Positions 1 through 9,146 of a DNA stretch of 64,000 nt are shown here, piece by piece. The stretch is from Pseudomonadota bacterium. GTDB lineage: Bacteria; UBA10199; 2-02-FULL-44-16; JBDRGF01. The stretch lies in the NCBI GenBank assembly GCA_043818055.1, contig JBDRGF010000141.1, forward strand, positions 22,119-86,118. The letters are read 5' to 3'. The first letter of the stretch is position 1. Each line of letters starts with the position of its first letter. A program made the position numbers and the translations under genes. Below the pieces are notes generated by a model. That model was not told where the DNA came from. It searched no databases and saw nothing but the letters and a program-made list of their open reading frames with translations.

Positions 1-591
1 GAGGTCGTTGTGCCGGATGATCAGCTTTCTCTGGCGATCGGCAGAAGGGGCCAGAATGTAAGACTGGCAGCCCAACTCACAGGTTGGAACATCGACGTTT
101 ACGCAGAAACCAGGATCGAGGAGATGGCATCGAGGGCAAGAAAGGTGCTCACAAGGGCATTGGAAATAGATGAAGGCTCAGCGATGATATTTTACTCCCA
201 TTCCTTCAGATCCATCGAAGATATTGCAGAGTGTACGTTGGATGAATTTATAAAACTTCCCGGATTGGGTCAGGAACTTCTAAATATTGTCCATCAGAAA
301 TCAAAAGGGCTGATTGCTGAGGGCAAGTCATCCGATAGCTTTTTGCAAGATGTGATCAAGGAGGAGATGGCTGCGAAAGCTTTAGTTGCGGAAGAAGAAT
401 TAAAGCTCGCAGAGAAGGCAAAGGCCGAAAGAGAAGAAGCTGAGAAGGTAGAGGCTCAGGAAGCAGAGGCCGAGAAAGCAAAAGCTGAAAAAGAATCTAA
501 ATCTGAAGAGACTTCGGATGAAAATCTTGAAGAGACCGTTGTGGATGAAGCTGAGCAGACACAAACCGAAGAGACAAAAAATAATGAATAA
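1..591 (+). CDS. nusA: Transcription termination/antitermination factor NusA, C-terminal part (5' end upstream of window)
   Basis: Frame is open from base 1. [33 protein letters not shown] is the NusA KH-domain GxxG region. Acidic Glu/Lys tail follows. The canonical nusA-infB-rbfA order comes next. Confidence 0.85.
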   Translation, partial: EVVVPDDQLSLAIGRRGQNVRLAAQLTGWNIDVYAETRIEEMASRARKVLTRALEIDEGSAMIFYSHSFRSIEDIAECTLDEFIKLPGLGQELLNIVHQKSKGLIAEGKSSDSFLQDVIKEEMAAKALVAEEELKLAEKAKAEREEAEKVEAQEAEAEKAKAEKESKSEETSDENLEETVVDEAEQTQTEETKNNE

Positions 592-609
592 TGAATAAGG
601 AATAAAATC

Positions 610-2994
610 ATGACAGAAGAGAAACTCCCTGGAAATGAGACAGAATCAAAAGCGGTAGTCGAGCGTAGGTTGAAACCGACACTCATTAGACGGCGCAAAA
701 AACCGACTCCGCCTGTAGAGGAAACTAAAGAATCGACTCTTTCAGCCGAAGAAGCCGCAGATGAGGCGAGCACAGCTGAACAAGCTCCAGTCTCATCTGA
801 AGAGCAGTCTACAGAAGCTGTCCCGGATGTTAAAGGATCCGAAGAGTCCAAGGCGGATTTCCAAGTCTCAACAGAGGAAAAAAAGGGAGATCAGACTGAG
901 GTAAGACCCAAAAGGATAGGCGTTGTCGGCCATATCGATCTAGTCGCCCCTGAAGTCAAGGGTGAATGGAAGCAGGATGAGAAGGCTCAGTTACCGGTCA
1001 GAAAGGTTGCCAAAAAGAAAAAGAGTAAGGCGGAGCTCGATTACGAAGCTATTCAAAGGGCGGGAGGTCTTAAGAGTTACGCAGAGGTAGTGAAAGATGA
1101 GGTTGTTGGTGCTCCATCAGATGAGACTCTTACGGTTGAGCCTGCTAAAGATCGTGTCTTTCGTCCTACAGTATCAAAAAGAAGAAAGACGACCAGAAGA
1201 GAATTTAAGCAGCCTCAAATTACTCAGAGAAAAGAATCGAAAAGAGTCATACGAATTGAGAGCAAGATCAGTGTTGGCGAATTGTCCCAGCAGCTTGGAA
1301 TCAAGGCGGGTGAGATCATCAATCGCCTGATGGCCCTTGAGATCATGGCTACGATAAATCAGACCATGGACGCAGATGTCGCTGAGATGATAGCTCAGGA
1401 ATATGGATTCAGGGTTGAGAAGACCGGTATTAAGGAAGAGGATGTATTTGCGATTTCCCATGAGGATAAAAAAGAGGAAAATCTTATATCCCGGCCGCCG
1501 GTAGTGACGGTCATGGGTCATGTCGATCACGGCAAGACCTCTATTCTCGATGTAATCAGAAAGACCAAGGTTGCCGAAGGTGAAGCGGGCGGGATAACAC
1601 AGCACATCGGCGCTTATGAGGTGAAGATTAAAAAGGGTTCGATATCCTTTGTCGATACCCCCGGTCACGAAGCCTTCACGAAGATGAGGGCTCGCGGCGC
1701 AAAGGTCACCGATATAGTAGTTTTGGTTGTGGCAGCCGATGATGGTGTCATGCCGCAGACGGTCGAGGCGATAGATCACGCCAAGGCCGCAGGAGTTCCG
1801 ATCATAGTCGCAGTCAATAAGATAGATAAAGCAAACGCACAGCCGGATCGTGTAAAACAACAACTCTCCGAGCACGGTCTAGTTTCCGAGGAGTGGGGAG
1901 GCGAGACGATCTTCGTATTCACATCCGCGGTCAAAAACGAGGGTATCGATAAACTTCTCGAAATGATCATTCTTCAGGCGGAGATCCTCGAACTCAAAGC
2001 AGATCCTACAGTCCGCCCGCGGGGAATTGTGCTTGAAGCTAAGCTTGATAAAGGCAGAGGTCCTGTTGCGACTGTCCTCGTAAAAGAGGGAACTTTGAAA
2101 AAGGGTGATTATTTAGTGTGTGGAGATCACAGCGGAAGGATCAGATCGCTCGGCGATGCTCATGGAAAGAGTTTAGTAAACGCTACTCCATCGATGCCAG
2201 TCGAAATACTTGGGTTATCAGGCGTTCCAAGCGCGGGAGACGAATTTATTGCAGTTGAGGATGAGAAGGATGCCCGCACTATCAGCCATCAGAGACAGGA
2301 TAAGAAGAGAACGGATGAACTGGCAGGCTTATCGGCTAGTTCGCTCGAGCAGCTTCAGCAGATGATTTTGGATGGTGAAATAAAGACACTCAATCTTGTT
2401 GTCAAAGCGGATGTGAGAGGCACCTCTGAAGCGGTCGTAGCATCTGTTGAAAAGATCTCAACTGATAAAGCCAAGGTGAAGGTTATCCATACAGGTGTCG
2501 GCGGCATTTCCGAAAACGATGTTATGCTTGCTGCTGCATCGCAGGCAGTTGTCGTTGGATTCAATGTTTCAGCTGATGGGAAGGCCAGAGAAGCCGCTCA
2601 GCGGAACCATACAGAAATAAGAACATATAAAGTCATATATGAAATGATAGATGACATCAGAAAAGCACTCACAGGTTTGCTCGAACCGACGAGGACAGAG
2701 GTCGTATTGGGCAGAGCTCAGGTGAGGGATGTTTTTAGAATATCCAAGGTCGGTGCCATCGCAGGTTGCATGATCACATCAGGAAAGGTCATCAGAAATG
2801 CCCGCGTCAGATTGCTGAGAGATCAGGCGATAGTTTTCGATGGTGTAATTTCTTCGCTAAAGCGATTTAAGGATGATGCCAAAGAGGTGCTGGAGGGTTA
2901 CGAGTGCGGCATTGGTATTCAGGGATATAACGATATCAAAGTCTCCGATGAGATCGAGGCCTATATAATAGAAGAGAAGAAGGGGGTTCTGTAA
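610..2994 (+). CDS. infB: Translation initiation factor IF-2
   Basis: GTPase motifs [17 protein letters not shown] and NKIDK. Low-complexity basic/acidic N-terminus. SD AAGGAA upstream. Position after nusA. Confidence 0.97.
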   Translation: MTEEKLPGNETESKAVVERRLKPTLIRRRKKPTPPVEETKESTLSAEEAADEASTAEQAPVSSEEQSTEAVPDVKGSEESKADFQVSTEEKKGDQTEVRPKRIGVVGHIDLVAPEVKGEWKQDEKAQLPVRKVAKKKKSKAELDYEAIQRAGGLKSYAEVVKDEVVGAPSDETLTVEPAKDRVFRPTVSKRRKTTRREFKQPQITQRKESKRVIRIESKISVGELSQQLGIKAGEIINRLMALEIMATINQTMDADVAEMIAQEYGFRVEKTGIKEEDVFAISHEDKKEENLISRPPVVTVMGHVDHGKTSILDVIRKTKVAEGEAGGITQHIGAYEVKIKKGSISFVDTPGHEAFTKMRARGAKVTDIVVLVVAADDGVMPQTVEAIDHAKAAGVPIIVAVNKIDKANAQPDRVKQQLSEHGLVSEEWGGETIFVFTSAVKNEGIDKLLEMIILQAEILELKADPTVRPRGIVLEAKLDKGRGPVATVLVKEGTLKKGDYLVCGDHSGRIRSLGDAHGKSLVNATPSMPVEILGLSGVPSAGDEFIAVEDEKDARTISHQRQDKKRTDELAGLSASSLEQLQQMILDGEIKTLNLVVKADVRGTSEAVVASVEKISTDKAKVKVIHTGVGGISENDVMLAAASQAVVVGFNVSADGKAREAAQRNHTEIRTYKVIYEMIDDIRKALTGLLEPTRTEVVLGRAQVRDVFRISKVGAIAGCMITSGKVIRNARVRLLRDQAIVFDGVISSLKRFKDDAKEVLEGYECGIGIQGYNDIKVSDEIEAYIIEEKKGVL

Positions 2995-2999
2995 AAATA

Positions 3000-3080
3000 G
3001 CATGTGGCATTATTTCGTGAGGCGTGGGGGAATTATTTTAGTCTTTTGACCAACGCTTCACGAATTTCATACTACATACG
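3000..3080. repeat. Imperfect palindromic intergenic element of the GCATGTGGCAT / CGTGAAGCG family
   Basis: Left arm is GCATGTGGCATTATTTCGTGAGGCGTG. Right arm is CAACGCTTCACGAATTTCATACTACATACG. The right arm in reverse complement closely matches 11543-11590. Confidence 0.7.
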
Positions 3081-3100
3081 ATTTTTCCGAGTAACTGATT

Positions 3101-3454
3101 ATGTCCAGAAATTTACCATATAAAAGATTTGAAAGGGTAGCCTCCCAGATTTTCGAGGTTATATCAGAGGCCTTTTACACCGAGTTGGGAGGGGCTTCGC
3201 TCATGGACGTTCATATCACACAGGTCAGGGTAACTCCGGATCTAAGAACTGCCAGAGTTTATTTCCACATAATGAATAATAGCGAAGAGAGGTTGAAAGA
3301 GGTCACGAAAGCGATGGAGCTTCTTAAGGGAAGGATGCGAAAGTTAATTGGAAGTGAACTTAATCTCAAATACACTCCAGAAATTAAAATATTTTACGAT
3401 GAAGGTGTAGACGCATCAGAGAGAGTGGATCAATTATTGAGGGGGAACATTTAA
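3101..3454 (+). CDS. rbfA: Ribosome-binding factor A
   Basis: 117 aa. RVASQI..., ITQVRVTPDLRTARVYF and LKYTPEIKIFYDE are typical RbfA features. Follows infB. Confidence 0.9.
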   Translation: MSRNLPYKRFERVASQIFEVISEAFYTELGGASLMDVHITQVRVTPDLRTARVYFHIMNNSEERLKEVTKAMELLKGRMRKLIGSELNLKYTPEIKIFYDEGVDASERVDQLLRGNI

Positions 3455-3455
3455 G

Positions 3456-4409
3456 ATGCAAGTTGAAAAATTTGCTGCGCTCGTCGACGCAGCAAAAAAA
3501 ATTCTTATAGTATTTCATGTCAACCCAGATGGCGACGCGATCGGATCAGCTCTGGCTCTAAAACGCATGTGTGAGAAGAAAAATAAAGAGGTTACTGTAT
3601 ATTGCAAAGATACTGTACCATGGAACCTGAAGTTTTTAAACGGTTCTGAAAAAATCGTCAGCACTTTAGAGGGCGAATTTGATCTCACTATCATTCTAGA
3701 TTGTGGTTCAGCGTCCAGAGTAGGAAATACTTTTGAAGAATTTGAGGGAAAGGGAAAGGTCGTTGTCATCGATCATCATATCGATAACGACCAGAAGGCT
3801 GAGCTCAAGATAATTGATCAGAAGGCTGCTGCTGTCGGTGATCTGCTCTTCAGACTCTTCAATGAACTTGGCTGGAAGATGGATGCAGAAGTTGCCCAGG
3901 CTCTATTTTGCGGCATTGTCACCGATACCGCTTTTTTCAGGTATAGCAACGTTTCTGCTGGTCTGTTCGAACGCACAGCGGAACTTGTGAAGTTGGGTGC
4001 TTCCCCCTGGGAAGTAGCAAAGCATATGGAGGATGAGTATCCTCTCAGCCGCTTTAAGCTTGTGGCTTTGGCTATGAACAGCATGGAGACCTTTTTAGGT
4101 GGAAAATTTTGCAGCATGTTCGTCACTGAAAAAATGTTTAAAGAGGCGGGTGCGACGATGGAGCAGTCCGAGGACTTTTCAGAGATACCGAGGTCTGTGG
4201 AGAATGTGGAAGTTTCCGCGCTTTTCAGGGAGAAATCTAAAAATGTTATCCGTGTTAGCTTAAGGTCAAAGGATTACGTGAACGTATCAGATCTGGCAAA
4301 AAAGTTTGACGGTGGAGGTCACGCGAGGGCTGCGGGTTGTACGATAGAGGATACCATCGACAATGCGAGAAAATTTATTATAGAAGCAGTGAAAGGGAGT
4401 TTTCAGTGA
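3456..4409 (+). CDS. DHH/DHHA1 family phosphoesterase (NrnA-like oligoribonuclease/pAp phosphatase)
   Basis: Motifs HVNPDGDAIGS, VIDHH, GIVTDT and the C-terminal GGGHARAAG. Starts 1 nt after the rbfA stop codon. Confidence 0.85.
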   Translation: MQVEKFAALVDAAKKILIVFHVNPDGDAIGSALALKRMCEKKNKEVTVYCKDTVPWNLKFLNGSEKIVSTLEGEFDLTIILDCGSASRVGNTFEEFEGKGKVVVIDHHIDNDQKAELKIIDQKAAAVGDLLFRLFNELGWKMDAEVAQALFCGIVTDTAFFRYSNVSAGLFERTAELVKLGASPWEVAKHMEDEYPLSRFKLVALAMNSMETFLGGKFCSMFVTEKMFKEAGATMEQSEDFSEIPRSVENVEVSALFREKSKNVIRVSLRSKDYVNVSDLAKKFDGGGHARAAGCTIEDTIDNARKFIIEAVKGSFQ

Positions 4410-4479
4410 ACAGTTTTCAGTTAAGAGCTCGAAATGTAGAGCTTTAAACTGTGAACTATAAACTGTAAACTGTGAACTT
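4399..4479. repeat. Heptamer-periodic imperfect palindrome overlapping the 3' end of the DHH gene
   Basis: Reads AAACTGT GAACTAT AAACTGT AAACTGT GAACTTA from 4446 to 4480. The inverted partner is GTTTTCAGTGAACAGTTTTCAGTT, centred on GAGCTCGAAATGTAGAGCT. Confidence 0.65.
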
Positions 4480-4482
4480 ATT

Positions 4483-5196
4483 ATGGACGGAGTAATTGTA
4501 ATAAATAAACAAATTGGGCCTACCTCACACGACGTTGTGAACAGGGTGAGGGTGCTTTCGGGATCGCTTAAGGTTGGTCATCTGGGTACACTCGATCCGC
4601 TCGCATCCGGTGTCCTGCCTTTAGTGTTGGGAGCAGCGACAAAGCTGGCATCGAGTCTGGCAGGGAGCGAGAAAATTTATGAGTTTACCTGCTGCTTTGG
4701 CGAGGTCAGGACTACCGACGATTCAGAAGGTGAAATAATTTCGAAGAGAGCTGTGCCGCAAAACCTTTTGGAAGAGTTGAGAGAACTTCTTCCAGGTTTT
4801 ATCGGAGTGATTGATCAGAGACCTCCGCTTTATTCGGCTATCAAGATCAAGGGCAGGCCGATGTATAGCTTGGCGCGCAAAGGTAAAAAGGTTGAAGCGC
4901 CCCTGAGACGGGTCACGGTTAACGAACTAAAAATTTTGAAGAGCGATGGAAACAGGGTCAGAATGTCGATCGATTGTTTGAGTGGTACCTATGTCAGGAG
5001 CATATGCAGGGATCTGGGGTTTAAATTGGGATGTGGGGCGTATGCCTCTGATATCTTTAGACTCAAAAGTGGCCGGTTTACTATCGATCAGGCGATCACA
5101 ATGGACATACTGGAGAAGAATCCTTCTCAGATGCATAAACATATTATTGGGTTGGAGGCTTTAAAGAGCAAAGGCGCGTGTAGCATGATCACGTGA
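4483..5196 (+). CDS. truB: tRNA pseudouridine(55) synthase TruB
   Basis: GHLGTLDPLASGVLPL catalytic Asp motif. Conserved rbfA-truB-rpsO-pnp neighbourhood. The last 8 codons and stop lie in a repeat element. Confidence 0.93.
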   Translation: MDGVIVINKQIGPTSHDVVNRVRVLSGSLKVGHLGTLDPLASGVLPLVLGAATKLASSLAGSEKIYEFTCCFGEVRTTDDSEGEIISKRAVPQNLLEELRELLPGFIGVIDQRPPLYSAIKIKGRPMYSLARKGKKVEAPLRRVTVNELKILKSDGNRVRMSIDCLSGTYVRSICRDLGFKLGCGAYASDIFRLKSGRFTIDQAITMDILEKNPSQMHKHIIGLEALKSKGACSMIT

Positions 5197-5306
5197 AGCG
5201 TCCGCCCGTGAAGCGTGAAGCGCAATAATTTTGTCCTTCCCCCTAAACGGGGGAAGGTGGCCAACGGCCGGATGGGGGTGAGGTTTTCACCACATGCTAC
5301 ATGCGC
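5173..5306. repeat. Composite nested intergenic element: GCGCGTGTAGCATG arm, (CGTGAAG)n, GGGGGAAGG double hairpin, CACATGCTACATGCGC arm
   Basis: Outer inverted arms lie at 5173-5190 and 5288-5306. The inner module is CCTTCCCCC-TAAAC-GGGGGAAGG (5235-5257) followed by GGCCAACGGCC and GGATGGGGGTGAG (to 5282). Confidence 0.75.
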
Positions 5307-5358
5307 TTTTAAAAAACACTTTACAGTTAAATATAATTTGTGATAAGGAGCCCGAACT

Positions 5359-5628
5359 ATGAGATTAGCTAAAGAAACAAAACTGGGACTGATCAAAAAG
5401 TATTGCAAACATGAAAAGGACAACGGCTCTGCCGAGGTGCAGGTTTCTCTGCTCACTGAGAGGATAAATTCCCTCACTGATCATTTTCGTGCAAACGAGA
5501 AGGATCATCACAGCCGCCGTGGTTTGTTGCTGATGGTCGGTCGCAGAAGAAAATTGCTTGGATATCTCAAAAAGCACGATTTTGAAGGTTATAAAAAATT
5601 GATTGCTGAGTTGGGAATTCGTAAATAA
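5359..5628 (+). CDS. rpsO: 30S ribosomal protein S15
   Basis: 89 aa. [21 protein letters not shown]...[30 protein letters not shown] upstream. Confidence 0.95.
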   Translation: MRLAKETKLGLIKKYCKHEKDNGSAEVQVSLLTERINSLTDHFRANEKDHHSRRGLLLMVGRRRKLLGYLKKHDFEGYKKLIAELGIRK

Positions 5629-5836
5629 GCTGGTTTAAGGGATTTGGGCTGATAATTTTAATGAACTGTCGATCAAATGACGGTTCATCCAAATTATCAG
5701 TTGCCCTTCTAATAAAACTAGCCCTTACAATTCTTAATTTAGCGCCAAATTGATGAGTCACAGGTAATCAAAAGTGATTGCTTTGTCCATTGTGCGTTTG
5801 AGCACAGATGCCGACTCTCAATTCAAAGGAGGAAAA

Positions 5837-7945
5837 ATGGTAGAACGTGTAAGTGCTGTAGTGGGTGGTAAAGAGATCATAATCGAGACAGGAAAGATTG
5901 CCAAACAGGCCGGTGGCTCGATCACAATCAGGATGGGAGATACGATAGTTCTGGTCACAGCTACGGCAAAGACGGAGCCATCTGAAAATAGGGCTTTTCT
6001 GCCGCTCTCCGTTGATTATATTGAAAAGACCTTTGCCGCGGGAAAGATTCCCGGCGGATTTTTTAAACGAGAAGGGCGTCCCACTCAGCAGGCGACTTTG
6101 ACGAGCAGATTTATCGATCGTCCGATCAGGCCTCTATTCCCAGAGGGTTATTTCAATGAGACTCAGGTAATTGCAACTGTCTTATCAGCTGATACTGAAC
6201 ATGCGCCGGATATGTTAGCGATGACTGGGGCATCAGCAGCTTTGATGCTCTCACCAGCACCCTTTAAAGGGCCTATCGCAGGAGTTAGAGTAGGAAGAAT
6301 CGATGGTAAATTTGTAGTCAATCCGAGTGAAGAGGCGTTGGAAAAATCCGATATCGATATCATTCTTGCAGGCAGCAAGGATGCCGTCGTCATGGTTGAG
6401 GGTGGAGCTAAGATTGTTCCGGAGAAAGACATATTGGACGCGATTGCCTTCGGACATAAAGAGATGCAGCCACTTATCGATGCTCAAATTGAACTACAGA
6501 AAAAGGCTGGAAAGCCAAAATTGGCGGATCCTGTTTTGGAGGATAATTCTGAAATGGATAAGAAGGTCGGGGATCTGATAGGCAAAGATTTAAAGAAGGC
6601 AGTTACGATTCCGACCAAGCTAGAGAGATATGCCGCAATCGATGCAGTTGCAAAGATGGCTGTTGAAACGTTGGTTACAGCCGATGATGATGCAGATCTT
6701 AAGTATAAGGTGCTAGGTTCCTTTTCAGAATATAAAAAGAAATTGGTCAGAGGAATGATCTTGTCCGATGGTGTTCGTATTGACGGAAGATCTCTTAAAG
6801 ATGTTAGAGATATCACTTCTGAAACATCTTTGTTGCCCAGGGCACACGGTTCTGCGCTTTTTACACGCGGTGAAACCCAAGCCATAGTTACAGCAACTCT
6901 GGGAACTAAAGAGGATCAGCAGATGATCGATGGTTTGAATGGTAAATATGATAAGAAATTCATGCTTCATTATAATTTTCCTCCCTTTTCTGTCGGAGAG
7001 GTGAAATTTATGAGATCTCCAGGGCGTCGCGAGATTGGTCACGGAGCCTTGGCTGAGAGGGCGATAAAGGAAGTTTTGCCAGACACAGAGAAGTTTCCGT
7101 ACACTATAAGGGTGGTCTCCGAGATCATGGAGTCTAACGGTTCATCATCGATGGCGACTGTATGTGGCGCAAGTTTGTCACTTATGGATGCAGGTGTTCC
7201 GTTGAAAGCCCCTGTTGCCGGCATTGCTATGGGATTGATAATGGAGGGCGAAAAATCTGCGGTGCTGACAGATATCCTTGGTGATGAAGATCATTTAGGC
7301 GATATGGATTTTAAGGTTGCGGGTACTTCAGAGGGTATTACTGCAATTCAGATGGATATAAAAATAAAGGGGCTGAGTTACGAGTTGTTATCTGAAGCTT
7401 TAGAGCAGGCTCATGGGGCAAGATTGCATATACTGGAAAAGATGTCTGCTACTCTGGATAAATCCAGAGAAAATTTATCCCAATATGCGCCTAAACTCAC
7501 CAGACTGACTATTCCTGTCGAGAAGATCGGGGACCTTATCGGTCCGGGCGGAAAGAATATCAGGAGCATAATCGAGGTGACTGGTGCCAAGGTGGACATC
7601 AATGATGATGGAACTGTTATAGTCGGAGCTGTTGATCAGAAGTCAGGTGATGCTGCTGTGAAGCTCATCATGAGATACACGCTGGTCCCTCAGGTTGGAA
7701 AATATTATAAGGGTAGAGTTGTTCGTGTAGCTGACTTCGGTGCATTTGTCGAAATATTGCCAAAGACCGACGGACTCGTGCATATCTCTCAGCTACAAAA
7801 TGATAGAACCAACAGAACGACAGATGTCGTGAATGTCGGAGACGAGGTCATAGTCAAGATTCTTGAAATCGACAGAGAGACAGGAAAGATCCGTCTGTCG
7901 AGAAAAGATGCGCTCGGCTACGAAGGCAAACTGGAAAATGAATAA
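5837..7945 (+). CDS. pnp: Polyribonucleotide nucleotidyltransferase (PNPase)
   Basis: Two RNase PH domains plus KH (GPGGKNIRSI) and S1 (GRVVRVADFGAFVEI). ATG at 5837 is preceded by AAGGAGG. The track ORF start at 5774 is an upstream extension. Confidence 0.97.
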   Translation: MVERVSAVVGGKEIIIETGKIAKQAGGSITIRMGDTIVLVTATAKTEPSENRAFLPLSVDYIEKTFAAGKIPGGFFKREGRPTQQATLTSRFIDRPIRPLFPEGYFNETQVIATVLSADTEHAPDMLAMTGASAALMLSPAPFKGPIAGVRVGRIDGKFVVNPSEEALEKSDIDIILAGSKDAVVMVEGGAKIVPEKDILDAIAFGHKEMQPLIDAQIELQKKAGKPKLADPVLEDNSEMDKKVGDLIGKDLKKAVTIPTKLERYAAIDAVAKMAVETLVTADDDADLKYKVLGSFSEYKKKLVRGMILSDGVRIDGRSLKDVRDITSETSLLPRAHGSALFTRGETQAIVTATLGTKEDQQMIDGLNGKYDKKFMLHYNFPPFSVGEVKFMRSPGRREIGHGALAERAIKEVLPDTEKFPYTIRVVSEIMESNGSSSMATVCGASLSLMDAGVPLKAPVAGIAMGLIMEGEKSAVLTDILGDEDHLGDMDFKVAGTSEGITAIQMDIKIKGLSYELLSEALEQAHGARLHILEKMSATLDKSRENLSQYAPKLTRLTIPVEKIGDLIGPGGKNIRSIIEVTGAKVDINDDGTVIVGAVDQKSGDAAVKLIMRYTLVPQVGKYYKGRVVRVADFGAFVEILPKTDGLVHISQLQNDRTNRTTDVVNVGDEVIVKILEIDRETGKIRLSRKDALGYEGKLENE

Positions 7946-7951
7946 ATAAAT

Positions 7952-7983
7952 AGCTGTCAGCTATCAGCTCTCAGTGTTCAGCC
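7952..7983. repeat. Heptamer-periodic repeat AGCTGTC AGCTATC AGCTCTC AGTGTTC AGCC
   Basis: Read directly. Four in-phase degenerate heptamers lie right after the pnp stop. Confidence 0.7.
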
Positions 7984-7991
7984 AAAATGAA

Positions 7992-8017
7992 GGCGGGTTT
8001 CCAACCCGCCCTTTTTT
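7992..8017 (+). terminator. Rho-independent terminator of pnp
   Basis: GGCGGGTT-TCC-AACCCGCC stem-loop followed by C and T6. Confidence 0.8.
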
Positions 8018-8031
8018 GTTCTTTTCTTTGC

Positions 8032-8079
8032 CCTTCCCCCTGAACGGGGGAAGGTGCCCGCAGGGCGGATGGGGGTGAG
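8032..8079 (+). repeat. GGGGGAAGG double-hairpin REP-like element (short form)
   Basis: CCTTCCCCC-TGAAC-GGGGGAAGG, then GCCC-GCA-GGGC, then GGATGGGGGTGAG. Same architecture as 5235-5282 and, inverted, 12392-12439. Confidence 0.8.
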
Positions 8080-8107
8080 CTCTATTTGTTAGAGGAGTGA
8101 GAGAAGT

Positions 8108-8707
8108 CTACAATTCTCCCAACTTGTTGATCAATTTTTCCACCTGCTTTTGTGTTTTGTCGATCGAAGCGCTGTTATCTATTGTATAATCAGCTGAGTC
8201 GATTTTCTGCCCCATCGGAATCTGCGAATCCATAGCTAGTTTGAGAGTCTCTTCATCCCAGGCGAATTTATTTTTGCAACGCTTGAGCTGCTCATCCTTT
8301 TCGCATGTCACCACGATTACAACATCCATAAGATCTTCCCATCCTACTTCAAAGAGCAAAGGGACTTCGATTATCACTGATTTAGCGTTGTGCTTTGTAA
8401 GCTTTGATATTTCAATTTCTATTTCCTCCTTCACCTTCGGATGAAGCAATTTTTCCAAAAACCTTTTTTCTTCCTTGTCGCTGAATATAATTCTGGCAAG
8501 ATTTTCACCGGATATATGATCCTTCTTTCCGAGGATAATACTGCCGAAATGTTCAAAGAGAATCTTCCATGTGTGTGAGTGAGGTTTCATGAGATCATGG
8601 ACGATCTCATCCGCGTTGATGACGGGGAGTCCTAGTTCCTTGAAAAAAGCTGTGACAGTCGATTTGCCCGTTCCAATGTTGCCGGTGATTGCAATTTTCC
8701 TAGCCAT
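8108..8707 (-). CDS. coaE: Dephospho-CoA kinase
   Basis: MARKIAITGNIGTGKST P-loop start. About 200 aa with typical CoaE layout. The track ORF start at 8746 is an upstream extension. Confidence 0.88.
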   Translation of the reverse strand: MARKIAITGNIGTGKSTVTAFFKELGLPVINADEIVHDLMKPHSHTWKILFEHFGSIILGKKDHISGENLARIIFSDKEEKRFLEKLLHPKVKEEIEIEISKLTKHNAKSVIIEVPLLFEVGWEDLMDVVIVVTCEKDEQLKRCKNKFAWDEETLKLAMDSQIPMGQKIDSADYTIDNSASIDKTQKQVEKLINKLGEL

Positions 8708-9146
8708 CGTTTTGCTCCTTATCTTTCTTAAATGCACACAATACATCGACCGCGGCCCTAGTGCCGATCTCTCCCAAACTTACCAGTTTTTCTATTATTT
8801 CGCTCTCTTCAGATTGGCTGCATATGAGAAGCTTTGTCGCAAGAGAAGCTGCTTCTTCCCAGTTCTCGCTGAATTTCGCATGTACCTGCTTTATCTCAGG
8901 CTCCAACAGCTCCTGCTGCTCCATCGTCCATGAGACGATATCGACAAGATCCTCTTTCTTCCAATCGTGCGATGTTAGCTCTTTTGATTTGATTATTTTT
9001 TCGTAGAGTTCTTTATTTTCGGGGGCTAGTTCGATGGCCTTTTTATAATGCTTGATCGCAGCCTGCCATTTTTCTTTGGCGAATGCCTCGTCACCTTTTT
9101 GTTGAAGCGATTTAGCCTTTTTTAAACTATCATCCTTTTTCTTCAT
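8700..9146 (-). CDS. Small TPR-motif protein
   Basis: QQKGDEAFAKEKWQAAIKHYKKAIELAPEN is one clear TPR unit. Overlaps coaE by 8 nt, suggesting an operon. Confidence 0.5.
   Translation of the reverse strand: MKKKDDSLKKAKSLQQKGDEAFAKEKWQAAIKHYKKAIELAPENKELYEKIIKSKELTSHDWKKEDLVDIVSWTMEQQELLEPEIKQVHAKFSENWEEAASLATKLLICSQSEESEIIEKLVSLGEIGTRAAVDVLCAFKKDKEQNDG

Noticed and set aside
1174-1875. 233-aa ORF on the minus strand.
   Set aside because: It lies entirely antisense to the well-supported infB G-domain, has low-complexity composition and shows no motifs. It is a typical shadow ORF.
5774-5836. Upstream GTG start for pnp given by the ORF track.
   Set aside because: ATG 5837 is preceded by AAGGAGG at ideal spacing, and MVERVSAVVGGKEI matches PNPase N-termini. 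The 21 extra codons are not PNPase-like.
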